The notes below the pieces were generated by a model, which saw nothing but the letters and a program-made list of their open reading frames with translations, made no database searches and had not been told where the DNA came from. Positions 23,641 through 35,545 of a DNA stretch of 64,000 bases are shown here, piece after piece (the stretch's first letter is position 1; every line of letters starts with the position of its first letter). Source of the DNA: Lama glama (Eukaryota); the NCBI GenBank assembly GCA_028534125.1, contig CM052825.1:558001-622000 (forward strand). The letters are read 5' to 3'. The position numbers were made by a program, and so were the translations under genes.

Positions 23641-26600
23641 CTGAGGGAGGCCTGGCCTGACTGCAGGATAAACTCCTGGCTCTGGGGTGCCGAGGGTGAC
23701 GGGGCAGCATGGATGGACGGAAAGACGGCCCCTTGCTGGACTCTTTGCTGCGGCCACCATGGGCTGGGCAGCCTCACCCAGGCACCAAGGTGGGCAGGGG
23801 AGCCCCACTCCCGCCCTGAACGCCCCACCCGGCCTGATCCTGTTCCTTCTGAGGCCCCGGGCCCCAGACCCCAGGGCATCAGCCGCTGCTCTGTCCACAC
23901 CAGACACCCCCACCCCCAATGGTGCAGCCTCACCTCATCACACCCCATGCAGGCCTCCCCTGGGCTTCCCACTGCTCCCTCTCCTGTGTCCCCTCTACAC
24001 TGCCCCCATCTGGCTCCCACCAGGGTCACGTAGCCAGGCAAACCCCCGCCAGGCACAGGGCTGCCGCCCACCTGCAGTCGGAGGTGCAGGGAGGTGGCAG
24101 GGGGCAGCTGGGCCCCAGGGTGACATCCACGCGGAGGCCAGACTCAGGCCAGCGTTCTCGGCTCTCTCTGCCATGGAGCCAGGCCCCTGAGCCCCAGGGG
24201 AACCACAGAGATGTCCCAGGTGGGAGACAGGCTGGTTGAGGGACAGCTACCACCAGAGAGTGACAGAGGGGGCTTGGGCGGGAGGGGTGAGTAGAAGTTT
24301 GCAGGGAGGTCACCTCCAAGAGCCTTTTCTCTGGTCCAGTCTGACCCCACACCGTTGTCCCTCATTGCGCCTGCCCCCGGGCCCTTCCAGGACTGAAGCC
24401 CTGGCGTCTCAGAGCCCAGAACTGGCTCTCTGCTCTCCACGGAGGCAGCCTCTCTTGAGGAGGAGCACCCGAGGAGCCGGCTGGCAGTGGGCGGCGGGCA
24501 GGGATCTAAGCCACGGCAGGGGGTTAGCGGCGCTGGTGGGTTCCGCGCAAACAGCGAAGGTGACACTGACACCTTCTCCACGTCTTCTCCCTGGTGAGCT
24601 GGATGCTGCCAAACGAGGACTGGACTGGAAGGAGAGCAGGGCTGGGGGTACACAGAGGAAGCCCCTGCTCCCAGCTGGCGGTCAAAGGGCCTTCCTGGAG
24701 GGTGGGGACGGGGAGCATCAGATTAGCACGAATTAGTCTGGCCAGACCAGGTGTTGGTGATGAAGGGAGTGGGGTTCTGGGAGGAGGGGGAGTGGGAGGC
24801 CTCCGAGTCACCGCGTCCCTGGAGAAAAGAAGGCTGGGTGGCTGGCAGGGAGCCCTCGCTGTGTCCTCTTCTTGTGGGTTTGACGTGACCGGGGTCCGAG
24901 GCGGGGCGGAGGGAGCCCGCCTCGCCCAGGGCGCGGCTGCAGGGCATGAAGGCTGCGGCAGACCCTCCAGGAAGCTGCTGTTTGAAGAGTGGGCTGTGGC
25001 AGGAGGCGGCGGTAAAACTTTTGGGAGAGAAGGCGCTAGCATCGCAGGGCCCCGTCCGTGCGCCTCCCAGAGGACCCAGGCCCGGGTGGCAGGACTCGGA
25101 AGCCAAGACGCGTATTTTCATAGCTTTTAAGAACAGGCGTCAAAATGAACCACTTTCAAAGGTGACTTTTAAGTTTTCTCAAAAGAACCCAGTTAATTAG
25201 TTGAAGTTTTACTGCAATTATTTTAATTTGCCAAGAACAAATTTAAGAAGCTGTTTGGCTGGGTTGGAAGGTGTTAGTCCTGGCAGAAAAAGTTTTAAAA
25301 GTACACTGCTCTGGGCGGCCTGAGTCCCCACAGGCAGCCTTGGTGGCCTGAATGCAGCTGGGGGGTTGCGAGCTGGGGGTGGGCAGAGGCCCTGGAACAC
25401 GGCTGGGAACAGGGGTGACCCCAGGGGTGTCCTCACACACAGGGGAGTTCGGGAACCCTGTTTCTGGGCTCCTGTGAGGAAGGGTCTTCGTGGGGCGCTG
25501 TGCCTGCAGCTCTAGCAGGGTAGGGGGAGCCGCCCATAGGTGTCCGGGGTGGGGAGACCCACCATGCGACCTCGACATCCCCGTGGCCCATCCTGGAGGC
25601 CCGAGCCTCCCAGGCTGGCACCCAGATCACCGCAGCTTGGCTCCCTCAGACGACAGCCTGTCCGTCACCTGCCCCTCACTCACGCCCACTTCAGCCACAT
25701 CTCGGCCCCCTGGCCCAGTCGGTGGGCCCCCACCCCAGGGAGTGAACCCCATGTCCAGAAACAGATCTGAGGTGAGGGCTGGTGTGAGTCCCCCGATGGC
25801 TGGGTCCAGGGCTCGGGTCCTGCCCTCTCTCGGCCTCTGCAGGGGACCCAGGCCCCCATTCTCCAGCTCCCCTCACCCCCGCCTGCACCTGGTGGGGGAC
25901 CAGGAGAGCCAAGACCACCTACCCTCTGGGGAAACTGGTCCCTTCCCCCTGCTCCTGAGCTAACACAGAATCAGCACGTGACCCATAAAGAGCACATTTT
26001 GCAGAGTCTGACGTCTGTCTGACCCGAGAAACCACTACCTCGTTAAGACGAACTCGCCCCTGGACCCACCTTCCAGACTCGTCTGTCAAAGCTGCTTCAA
26101 CTCATTGACGTGGGAATCGGGACGGGGGCTAGGGATGGGGGACGTCCGCCCTCACCCCCACCCGCTCCCAGAACCGCACGGTCAGCACTTACCAGAGCGC
26201 AGACACACCTCTGGGTGTGGGCTCGTGGCAAAGACTGCGCGTGGCTTCTACGGGTCAGTCTTCCAAGCCCAGAACCCAGCAGGACCGCCAGTGCCCCTGT
26301 CCGCCCCGAGGGCAGACGTGTGGTTGGGGGAGTGCGGAGTCCTGGCTCCGGGGGCCTGACTTCCCCAGGCCCCTCCGGCTGAGTCTCCTTCCCGCGCACA
26401 GGGCAGCCACCAGGACACTGGCTGGACGGTCGCTGCACAGCCACGGGACTGGCCACACTCAACACCAATTTATCCACAGTGGATACGACCCTCCTGGGGC
26501 TCACAGGAGGGGAGCAGTGAGTCCCTGCTGCTCACCGGCGGAGGCCAGCGGGAAACACCCGCTTCTCAGCCATAAACTCTAGCGCTACTGGCTCCAAGGC

Positions 26601-27759
26601 AGCAGCTTCCTTCGGGGTGGGGGGCTGGGCTGCTACTGGTTGGTGAGCTTGGCAGCACCCCCGTCACCCCAGAAAGTGTCACTCGCACCAGCCCAGCCCC
26701 ATCCTGCCCCCTGGCGGTGCCCATGACCACTGACGTGATGGACACAGAATCTGGAAGAGAACAGGTTGGGGGAGCCCCCCCTGCCCTTGTGCTGTGGCCG
26801 CAGGCTCGGACCCCCAGCATCAGCCGCCCCTGGGGCCATCAGAATGCCGCCTCTGACCCGGGGACCCCAGGAACCACCTGGATCCTGAGCCTGGTTCCAA
26901 CCAAGAGCAGCGCTGGTCCCTCTGATGGGAGCTCAGGGAGGAAGGAGGCCCCTCAGGTCGGCATCCAGGCGCCTTTGTGTGTGGGCGAGGGGGCGTCCGG
27001 CTCGCCAGGACCATCCCCGTTAACGGGCACGAGGACCCGGTACCCTTAGCACTTCCCTTTCTGATTTAGTCACCAGGAAACCCAGGCCACTTTTCTCATC
27101 AACCCACCCTGACTCCCTACAAGGGACCTGCCCCTCTTTGTAGCCTGGGGACCTTCTTGTATCGCAGGTCTGTTTCTCAGTGTTTTCTAAGACGTCCCAA
27201 AGCTTAGGAACCACGAGGTTGGCACCTGGCTGTTGGGCTGTGCAGAGACCGTCTGTGGAGCTGACGCCCGCGTGCTGGACTTTCCCTGCTCATGGCCTCA
27301 CCTGACGGGTACGAGCAGGGCCGCTCCAGGGAGGCCTTCCACCGCGGCCGGGCCGCCTGGCCCACAGACCCACAACGGGAGCAGGGCTCCCTGGGGGTGG
27401 CCCCAGGCTGGGGCTGCCGTGGCCTCAAGACTGGCCGGGCCTGAGAGCCCCCACATCAGGGCAGCTGAGTCCCAGGGCGAGTGTCCTGAGAGGCAGGCAG
27501 CGCAGCTCCAAGCCTGCTCCAGGCTGGAAGCCGACCGTGCCGGGGCAGGGAGTCAGGCCCACTGGCAGGGTTTACAGAGCACACGTACCCACCCCGGCCT
27601 GTCTGTGGGCCCCAGGTTGCGCACACACGGCCCTCCTGCGGGGCCGCTGCAAGGCGGCGGCCCGCTCGCTCCCTCCCTCCGAGTGCAGCCTCCAGGGCAG
27701 ACCGCATCCGTTCCTGTGTGGAGAGCAAGTGCTTCCTGGGCGGGGGGGGGGGGGGGGGG

Positions 27760-27859
27760 NNNNNNNNNNNNNNNNNNNNNNNNNNNNNNNNNNNNNNNNN
27801 NNNNNNNNNNNNNNNNNNNNNNNNNNNNNNNNNNNNNNNNNNNNNNNNNNNNNNNNNNN
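27760..27859. other. Assembly gap (100 N, probably unknown size) following a poly-G run
   Basis: Run of N preceded by ~18 G. Confidence 0.95.
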
Positions 27860-27942
27860 ACAGCCGACCACGCCCACTCCACGGCCTGCAGGGAAACGAG
27901 AGCAGATCGCGGGAGAAGAGCCACGGCCTCCAGAGGCTGGTG

Positions 27943-27948
27943 TTTATT
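27943..27948 (-). terminator. Polyadenylation signal (AATAAA) of C7orf50/CHLSN
   Basis: TTTATT on +, ~430 nt downstream of the C7orf50 stop codon. Confidence 0.8.
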
Positions 27949-28375
27949 GAAAACACACCCAGGTTTTCCCTGTAACTGGTCAGCAAGGCCATGGCATAGC
28001 CCGAGGAGGGAGGAGGAAGGGGCACAAGCCTCAGCTCGGGCCCTGGGTGGGCGCAGGCAGGGGACTGGGAGGCCTGCACCACCAGAGGGACTGCCAGACC
28101 GACGTGGGGCCCAAACCCACCCACTGACGGACCACAGCTGGCGGGAGGGGCCGGCTCTGGCTGGTCTCTACGATGTTCCCAGTAGAAAAACAGACGTTTC
28201 CCTCAGTAAGCAACTTCCTGGGGGCCCCTGGAGGCCAGGTTACTGCAGAGTGACCGCATTCTAATGCGAAGAGACTAGAGCCACCACCACCTCCCAACAG
28301 TCTGGCCAGGGAGTCAGGAGGGGGCAGTCCTTCCAAGGGTCGGGTGCCTGGGAGTCCCAGACCCGCCGGCCGCCC

Positions 28376-28561
28376 CTAGGAGAGCAGCTGCAGCACCTGC
28401 CGGATCCGCTGGGTCTTCTCCAGCAGCCGGGGGTCTGCGCCGGGCCCCCCTTCGTCCAGCTCCCGCATCAGCGCCTCTGCCTTCTGCACCGTCAGCTCGC
28501 GGGCGCGGCCCCTGAGCCCCTCCAGGTAGGCCAGCAGGGCGGGGAAGTGCTCGTCGGGGAC
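28376..28561 (-). CDS. C7orf50: C7orf50/CHLSN (cholesin) last coding exon
   Basis: Acceptor CAG|GTC; [61 protein letters not shown]; 186 nt; matches the recalled human C-terminus. Confidence 0.94.
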   Translation of the reverse strand, partial: VPDEHFPALLAYLEGLRGRARELTVQKAEALMRELDEGGPGADPRLLEKTQRIRQVLQLLS

Positions 28562-29207
28562 CTGTGGGGGAGAGAGCGGCGGTCAGGGCCCACCAGGAGG
28601 CCACTCAGTCTGCAGGGGACGGCACACCCTGGGCTGTTCTGAGGGTGACTGGCGTCTCCCAGCCTCGGCCTCACACCCACGCCCTAGCAGGGCCTGCAGT
28701 GGGAGGAGCGAGACTTTGCAGCACGCAGGCCGGCACCCCTGACCGTCAGCACCTTCTGTGGCCGAGGGCCCGGCCCCCGGGCCCCAGGTCCAGCCGCTGG
28801 GCAAACCAGCAGGGGCTCTTACTCCCCGAACCCCACCCTCCCTCCAAGCCCAGGTTTCATCTCTGCAAAAGGCAGGCCTGGACGGGTGCTCCCACGGGGG
28901 CCTCGCTAGGTTCCACAGGCTCTCCGTCATCACACACCGGACCAGCCGTGAGAACCCGCCTTGAGAAGGAGCCTCTTGGCCAGGCCTAGCTGCTGGGGGC
29001 GGTGGGGGGGGAGAGGCTGCCCTTCCCACACCCCCGCTGGAGGGGCCAGTGTCGAGGGGCCTGGAGACCTCTGGCCACGGCGGCCGGAACAGGCACTGCC
29101 AGAGTGTCCATCCTCTCGCCCCTGACCCAGGGTCAGGTGACCAGGAGGCCTGACTCCTCCTTGCCCCGCCCCCTCCTTGTAGACCCCGCCCCACCGCACA
29201 CACCCAC

Positions 29208-29289
29208 CTCGTCACAGTCGTACATGTGCAGCAGGAGCCAGGTCTGCCTTGTCTTCTGAAACCTCCAGTTGTCCTGCTTCTGGGCCCAG
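29208..29289 (-). CDS. C7orf50: C7orf50/CHLSN penultimate coding exon (WKF/DUF2373 core)
   Basis: Acceptor TTCTTTCCCAG|C; WAQKQDNWRFQKTRQTWLLLHMYDCDE; 82 nt; donor GAG|GTGGGT. Confidence 0.95.
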
Positions 29290-32047
29290 CTGGGAAAGAA
29301 AGGGCACAACGTCTCAAGTGCTGGACAGAAGGAGCCGCAAGGGTCTGTCTGGACCGACGGGCCTCTTGGCTGACTAGGGGTTGCTTGCATCCAGGCTCGT
29401 GGGTGTCTGCAGAGGTTCCTGGGAGGACCCTCCTCAGCCTGAGGAGCCGAGGGGGCTCAGGGGCCCTGTGCTGGGGGGAGGCCTCAGTCCCGCACGTCTG
29501 CTGAGGACCCTCGGCCAGCCAGGCGGCCCGTGTCTGCAGCAGGACGTCAGGACCAGACGGCGCAAGACCACTTCCTTTCAGCTCTGCAAGTCCATCATTT
29601 TACGACTCTGCAGGAACACCCTGGATCTCACAAATTAAGTCCTTCCAGAAGCGTTTATTGTGCGCCATGGCAAGCCTGCCCACTGGGGCGGGGACCATCT
29701 GCAGCCCGTGGGCGGGAGTGAGCTGGGAGGAGCCAGGAGACCGGACCCCGAGGGCCACATGGCCTGAGCCTGTCCCAGCAGCCTGGCCTGCTCAGTCACC
29801 CACGGGCCTCGGACGCCCCAAGCCCTCCAGGGGCCGAGGCCACCACGGCGAAGCCCGGCTCGGCACCTGAGCCCAGGCTGGAGTGCTGGACACTGACAGC
29901 AGGTGGCACTAGACGCTGGCACCACAGGGGAAGGCAGGCAGGTGGGTGGCACTCTGGCCAGGGCAGTGGGGCCGGGCTCTCCAAGGGGAGACCCAAACAC
30001 TGGATGGAGACCCTGAGGCGCAGAGGTCTGCATGCCTGGGACTCGGGGCGCCGGTGGCCGTGGGGGAAGGTCTGTGCTGTTTCACACATGCTGTGACCCC
30101 TGACAGCACAGCGACCCAATCCCAGCCCCCATGGGGACCACGGGCACTTCGAATGGCAGCCACAGAGCAGGACCTGTCCTCCAGGGTGGGGGCACGAGAC
30201 CCCACGGCCCGAGCCTGGACTCACGTATCGCCCCAGCACGTATCCTGTGGCCCCAGGTGACGTGCAGGACCCAGTGTGGGTCTGGCTCTGGGGAGAAGCC
30301 TGGGCCCAGCGAGGGGAGGGGGGCAAACAGCAGAAGGATGTCAGGAGAGCAGGTGACCGGAGGGAGGGAGGGAGGGAGGGAGGCCACCGGGCTGGGCAGT
30401 CAGCACCCTGGGCATCCCCTCAGGCTATTCTGAGGGGCCTGAGAGCCGTCTCCACCTCTGGATCCCTCCCCGAGGCTGCTTATCAACCACTTGCCTTGGC
30501 TCCGAAGCCAGCCTTCACCGCCTGCCTCCCTCCCCCCGTGAATACAGAGACAGCCTCCAAAACCGACCCCTCCCCAGACGCAGTGGTCAGGCAGAAGATG
30601 CTGGACAAGGCGAGGGGGCAGGGCCTGCCCTCCTGGTTCAGGAGAGTGCCCTCCCCCGAGGGTCTGCAGCGAGTCTATGTCCACGGCCCCCCGACTTCTC
30701 TGCCACCCAGTGAGCAGGGCTTGGGCCAGGGTGGCAGCTGCCCCTCGCATCTCCCACTCTGCAGCGTCCTGAGTCTCCTCTCACTCCCGGCACATGCTAC
30801 AGATGGTCACTCTTCATAACCAAGAACAGCTCCCCCGATCGAGCTGCGTGCTCCCACCCCGACCCACGGACTGCCCGGAAGATGGCTCGACCTCACTCCC
30901 CTGGAGTCTTGGGTCCCTCCTGGGCGGGAAGAGGGCTCGCAGGGCGCACCGACTTCGGGCCCGGGGCTCCACCGGCCGGGCTCCCGTCGCTGCTGCGCTG
31001 GTGATGTGGACAGGCTGGGCATCGGCCCAAAGCAGTGCCTCCTACCTGAGCCCAGGGCTCCGGTCAGGGTCAGCTCAACCCTCGCGTGGTCAGCTGAGCC
31101 CCAGCAACAGCTCGTGTCTGGGACAGACAAAACCCAGGGCTGTCAGACTGGCTTCGGGTGTGCCACCTGGGCCCACGGTGGGGCAAGGGGCACCGGGCTG
31201 GGGGCCTGGGCAGAGAGGAGGCTCCCAGACACACCAGGACCACGTGAAGATCACTCAAGGACAGGGGCTCCAGCCTCTCCCGGAAACGCCTCCCCAGGAG
31301 GCAGGGGACCCCCCCCCCCCGAGATGGAAGACGTGTGATCGCAGGCATCCCGAGGTCAGGGATAAAGGATACTGGACGTCCCAGACAGGGTAAAAGTCGG
31401 GTACGGTCACTCCCTGGGAGGGAGGACTGAGCCTGCCACCTGCTCACAGGTTCCGGTCTGGCAAGGAGCCCCCTCTGAGCCCGAGCTGGTCCTCCGCCCC
31501 CTCCCCGGGACACCATCTTCAGGGCAGCCTCACACGCAGGGCAACTCCTGTTTTCAGAGCCTTCTCCCAAGAGGCCAGGTGGGGCCTGCAGGTGCCCAGA
31601 GCAGCACCCTACGCCCGCCCTCTTGTGGCTGCGGCCTATAGGTGTCTTGGTGGCGGGAAGCTGACCTCAGCTGCAGGCAGAGGTGCCTGTAAGGGACTGG
31701 TGTAAATTCGGGGCCTCAGGCCATGAAGGGTGGGCCCTGCTGGCCATCCCTCCCACCCTCTGAGAGAACAGCCTAGCCCAGGATCAGGGGAGAATGCCGG
31801 ACGGCCCAGCCTCAGGCGCCTGGGCGGCTCCCATCTCGCCAGTGCTCAGGCCACACACCCTACTGGGCTCCCTCTGGCCCCCGGCCGAAAGTCAGACTGC
31901 CCAGGAAGACACACTCCACACCCCGAAGCCCCACGGAGACTGTCCCGGCCTGCTGCTCCCCACCTACCCGTCCCTGAGCTGAAGGCCATGGCCACCCTGA
32001 CCCGCCCCACACCTGTGTCCAGAGGCCTGTGGACTGTGTGCGCGCGT

Positions 32048-32520
32048 GTGTGGAGCACAATACACACAGCGTGGCGGTCACACCCTAACCACCTGCGTGC
32101 TCAGCTCAGGGCCACCAGGCACATTCACACCGTCGTGCAGCCATCACCCCGTCCATCTCCAGAACCTTCCACCTTCCCAAGTTGAGACTTATCCCCATCA
32201 CTCACTCACTCCCCCTCCCCCAGCCCCGGGCCCCCACCCTCTGCTTTGTCTCTGTGACTCCGACTCCTCTGGGGCCCTCACAGAAGTGAGGTCACCCAGT
32301 GTCTGTCCTGCTGTGTCTGGCTTATGTCATTGAGCACCGTGTCCTCAAGGTCCCTCCACGCTGCAGCAGGCGTCAGGGGCTCCTTGCTTTTTACGGCTGA
32401 ACGATATTGCAGTGTGGGTGGGCCCCACCGTGTTCATGCATCTCCGCTGACGGACGCCTGGGCTGCTTCCGCCCGTCGGCTGCGGCGGGCGGTGCTGCCG
32501 GGAAGGTGCCACGTGTGGGG
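32048..32520 (-). mobile_element. LINE-1 3' UTR remnant (L1MB-like), strongly GC-shifted
   Basis: CACATTCACACCGTCGTGCAGCCATCACC...CCATCTCCAGAAC...CTGGCTTATGTCATTGAGCACCGTGTCCTCAAGGTCC...TTTTTACGGCTGAACGATATT follows the L1M 3' UTR layout. Confidence 0.8.
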
Positions 32521-34055
32521 GTCCCCGTCCCCTAAGCTTTTCCCTGATCTGCCCCCTCCTGTCTGTCAAGCCTGCACCTCGGTTCAGGTCCTCGTGGTCT
32601 CTCCCCTGCACCTCCCAGCACGCTCCCTCCAGCGCCGGTTCCTTGAATCCGCCTGCTGCCTGGGCTACAGGGCCCTGGCCCCTCCGGGTGCCCTGGGCCA
32701 CTGGCCGTGACTCTCGGCACTTGGCAGTGCAGCTGGATCTGGCAAGTTCATATTCCTAAGCGGGGTGTGGGGCTGGGAAGGCAGTGTGTCTTCTGTGAGC
32801 TTCACTTGAAATGAAAAATCAGGCATGATGACCATCAGGTGACCAGCCGGCGTGGGGGCGATGGGGAGGCCATCCCCGGCCTCTGGCTGCTGCCCCTACG
32901 GGAGCACAGAAGATGGGGCCCCCGCGACCTCCCATCCACAGGCACTCACCGGGTGCAGCGGGCTGATGTGCCTGGCCAGTTTTAACGTGCGTGGCTGCAG
33001 CCCCAGCAGAACCACGAACAACCACACACCCTCCCCAAGCTACATGGGACACCTGGGAGCCAGGAGACGTCAGGGTCGAGCAGGCCCGAAGCTCAGTCCC
33101 TGCCCAGGACAGAGGACAAGGGACATCCTCTGTTGGGCGGCAGGGGCAGAGCAGACCGGACCTGGCTCTGTGGGTTGGGACCCACCCATGAGGAAGGATC
33201 TCAGGTGGAGACTGGCTGGGCTTCATGGGGGCCCGGGCAGGAGGAGGTGGGAGCCCTGGACTCAGATGGGACTGGAGTGGAGGCCACAGAGTGACCGGCC
33301 AAGAGAGACCCTTTCTCCAGGGCCCATGTGTCACTGGAGGGCACTCCGGCCCTGCCCATGGGTCTTGCGTGCTCTGAGGACCCCAGAGGAGCAAAGGACC
33401 TGGTAACACACTGTGCCAGGCCCTGGCTGCGGCTGGCAGGGACGCAGGCACTGGTCTGTCCACCAGGTGAGCCCTGCCTACGCCCAGCTGTCCCTGGAGG
33501 GGTCACCAGGCTTGGCAGAGACACGAGGTAGAGTCTAGGGCTTGCCCACAGCCTCCCCTGCTTCCAAGGGAGAGGAAGTGGGAGGAGGGGGAGGAGGGGG
33601 GAGGGGCGGAACCCCGGGCTGCCTGTGTGGCTGAATCATCAGGCCCTCAGCCAGTTCCAGGAATCTGGACGATTCCGCTTCATACGGCAGCTCCTAACTC
33701 CTTCCAAGAAGACCGGGCCCTGCCCCGCCTGTCGGCAGGTTCACATGTGCGCACACACATCCTCAACCCCGTCTGCTCTCCCAGAATCCCCCGCAGGGCC
33801 CCGCGGCAACCCTGTTCCTGAACCCGGCTCCAAGCCTCAAACCCCAGTCCTTGGCTGGGCTCCGAGGATTCTGTGAAAAGAACACAAGTTCCTGGAGGGA
33901 GACGTGGGGTGTGCACGACGTGTGACAACAGAGTGACGACAGTGATGCTGGTGCTGATGTGGGTGGTGCAGGTGGTGGTGATGATGCCACCGGGTCCCCT
34001 GGGCCCACAGCCTGCATCCTCCCGGGACACCAGATGCTCCCGGGGCCGGTCTTAC

Positions 34056-34231
34056 CCACACAGGTAGTCCAGGGCCAGCTGGGCCCCGGAGCGCCTGGCC
34101 AGTGAGCTCTGGGCCGTGGCAACGCCCGCCTCCCGCAGCCGCTTCCGCTCCTCCTTCTTCCGTTCCTTCTTCAGCTTCCTCTCCAGGACCCTCCGCTCCT
34201 CTGGGGACAGGGTCCCGAGCACTGCTGCTCC
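34056..34231 (-). CDS. C7orf50: C7orf50/CHLSN internal coding exon (basic helical region); upstream exons lie right of the window
   Basis: Acceptor CCTTTCAG|GGA; [58 protein letters not shown](G); 176 nt; donor GG|GTAAG; phase fits the next exon. Confidence 0.93.
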
Positions 34232-35292
34232 CTGAAAGGCAAAGGGAACCGGCGGTCAGGGTCCCTGGACCCCGCTGCCCGGAGCTCAGACGCTCTCCGG
34301 GCGGTGCGTCCCGGCGCAGAGCTCCACACACTCTGCTGGGAAGGAGGAAGGGGCTCCTCAAACCCCTGCATCCGCGGGGACCCAGTGCCTGGGGGAAGCC
34401 CTGTGGGATGGCCGGCATGTGTCCCGGGCACCCCCACTGGCTCCTGCTGCAAACCATGCACGTGCAGGGGAGCCATACCCACTGGGCCCCTCGGCTCTGG
34501 GGGAAGCAGGAAGTGCCTGCGCGGAGCTGTCTCTCCTTGGGCTGAGCCCTGGGGGCGGGGTGGGGGGACTGGGGTCTGTGACGCAATCTTCCTGCCACCT
34601 CTGCCTGGAAAGCACGCCCCTCCCCCACCCTGACCAACAAACCAAACAAGAGCGGAGTCCAAGGACTCCAGCAGCTATCCACACACCCTGAGCCTCGGGG
34701 ACACCGAGAGTTCACTGCGATTCAGGCTGGCCCCAGGGGCTGGCCATGGCCCCAGCGCTTCCAGGGAGGGCTCAGGCCGCTGCCCCACCACACGCCAGCA
34801 TTCAGAGCCCCCGCCCCAGTGAGCAAGGCAAGGGGCCCTTCCCACACACCCCAGTAGGCCCTGAACAAATGCCAACCGCCGACAACCTGTGTTCCCCCTC
34901 AACGCCCGCTCCTTCTGGAATCGTCTACAACAATAGATCAGCTCTCCCCAGCCCCTCCCTCTCCCTCCTTAGAACCAGCTGGATGCACCCACGGTGGCAC
35001 TTCGGAGCCGCACTGGGTAACTCAGACCACCCGCACAGGAGATGCTTCCAGACGGGGCCCCAGGCTCTCCTGGGGGGGGCCGGGGACCCGCTGAGCACAT
35101 GCCTCGCGTGCACACGTGCACTGCACCGCAGCCGGGCCAGCGAGCTGGGGGACAGCCGGGCGCCCGAAGGACAGGGCAGCAGCAGCTCTGACCACAGGGG
35201 TGGTCGGGGGTGGGTGTGCTCTCACCTACACTCACGCCTAGAACACCCCCGCCAGCCGCAGGCTCCCACGGACGGGGCTGAGTTTTAACGTT

Positions 35293-35545
35293 CTTTTTAC
35301 TGGGGGACACTGGTTTACGTCACGCGAGTTTTCACGCTTGTGTGCCCTCCAGCGTGCCCGCCACCAAAGCTGCGGTCTCCTCTGTCACCGTGGGGTCCAC
35401 CCTCTGGCCCAGCACGCCCCCAGCCCGCACCCTCCCAGTCTCCATGTCTTCCTGTTTGCCTCCTTGTACATGGTGTAGATTCCACGTGAGTGAACCGACA
35501 CTAGTCTTACTTCACTCGCACAGTGACCTCTGGGTCCATCCAACC
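35293..35545 (-). mobile_element. LINE-1 3' end fragment, GC-shifted
   Basis: TTTTTACTGGGGGACACTGGTTTAC...AGATTCCACGTGAGTGA...CTTACTTCACTCGCACAGTGACCTCTGGGTCCATCCA. Confidence 0.55.

Noticed and set aside
22822-23919. 365-aa minus-strand ORF
   Set aside because: It is the antisense shadow of GC-rich CYP2W1 exons 7-9 and has no recognisable domain.
28430-28455. Possible frameshift at the C-run in the last C7orf50 exon
   Set aside because: Recounting gives six bases (GGG GGG on minus), and the frame continues to QVLQLLS-TAG (186 nt).
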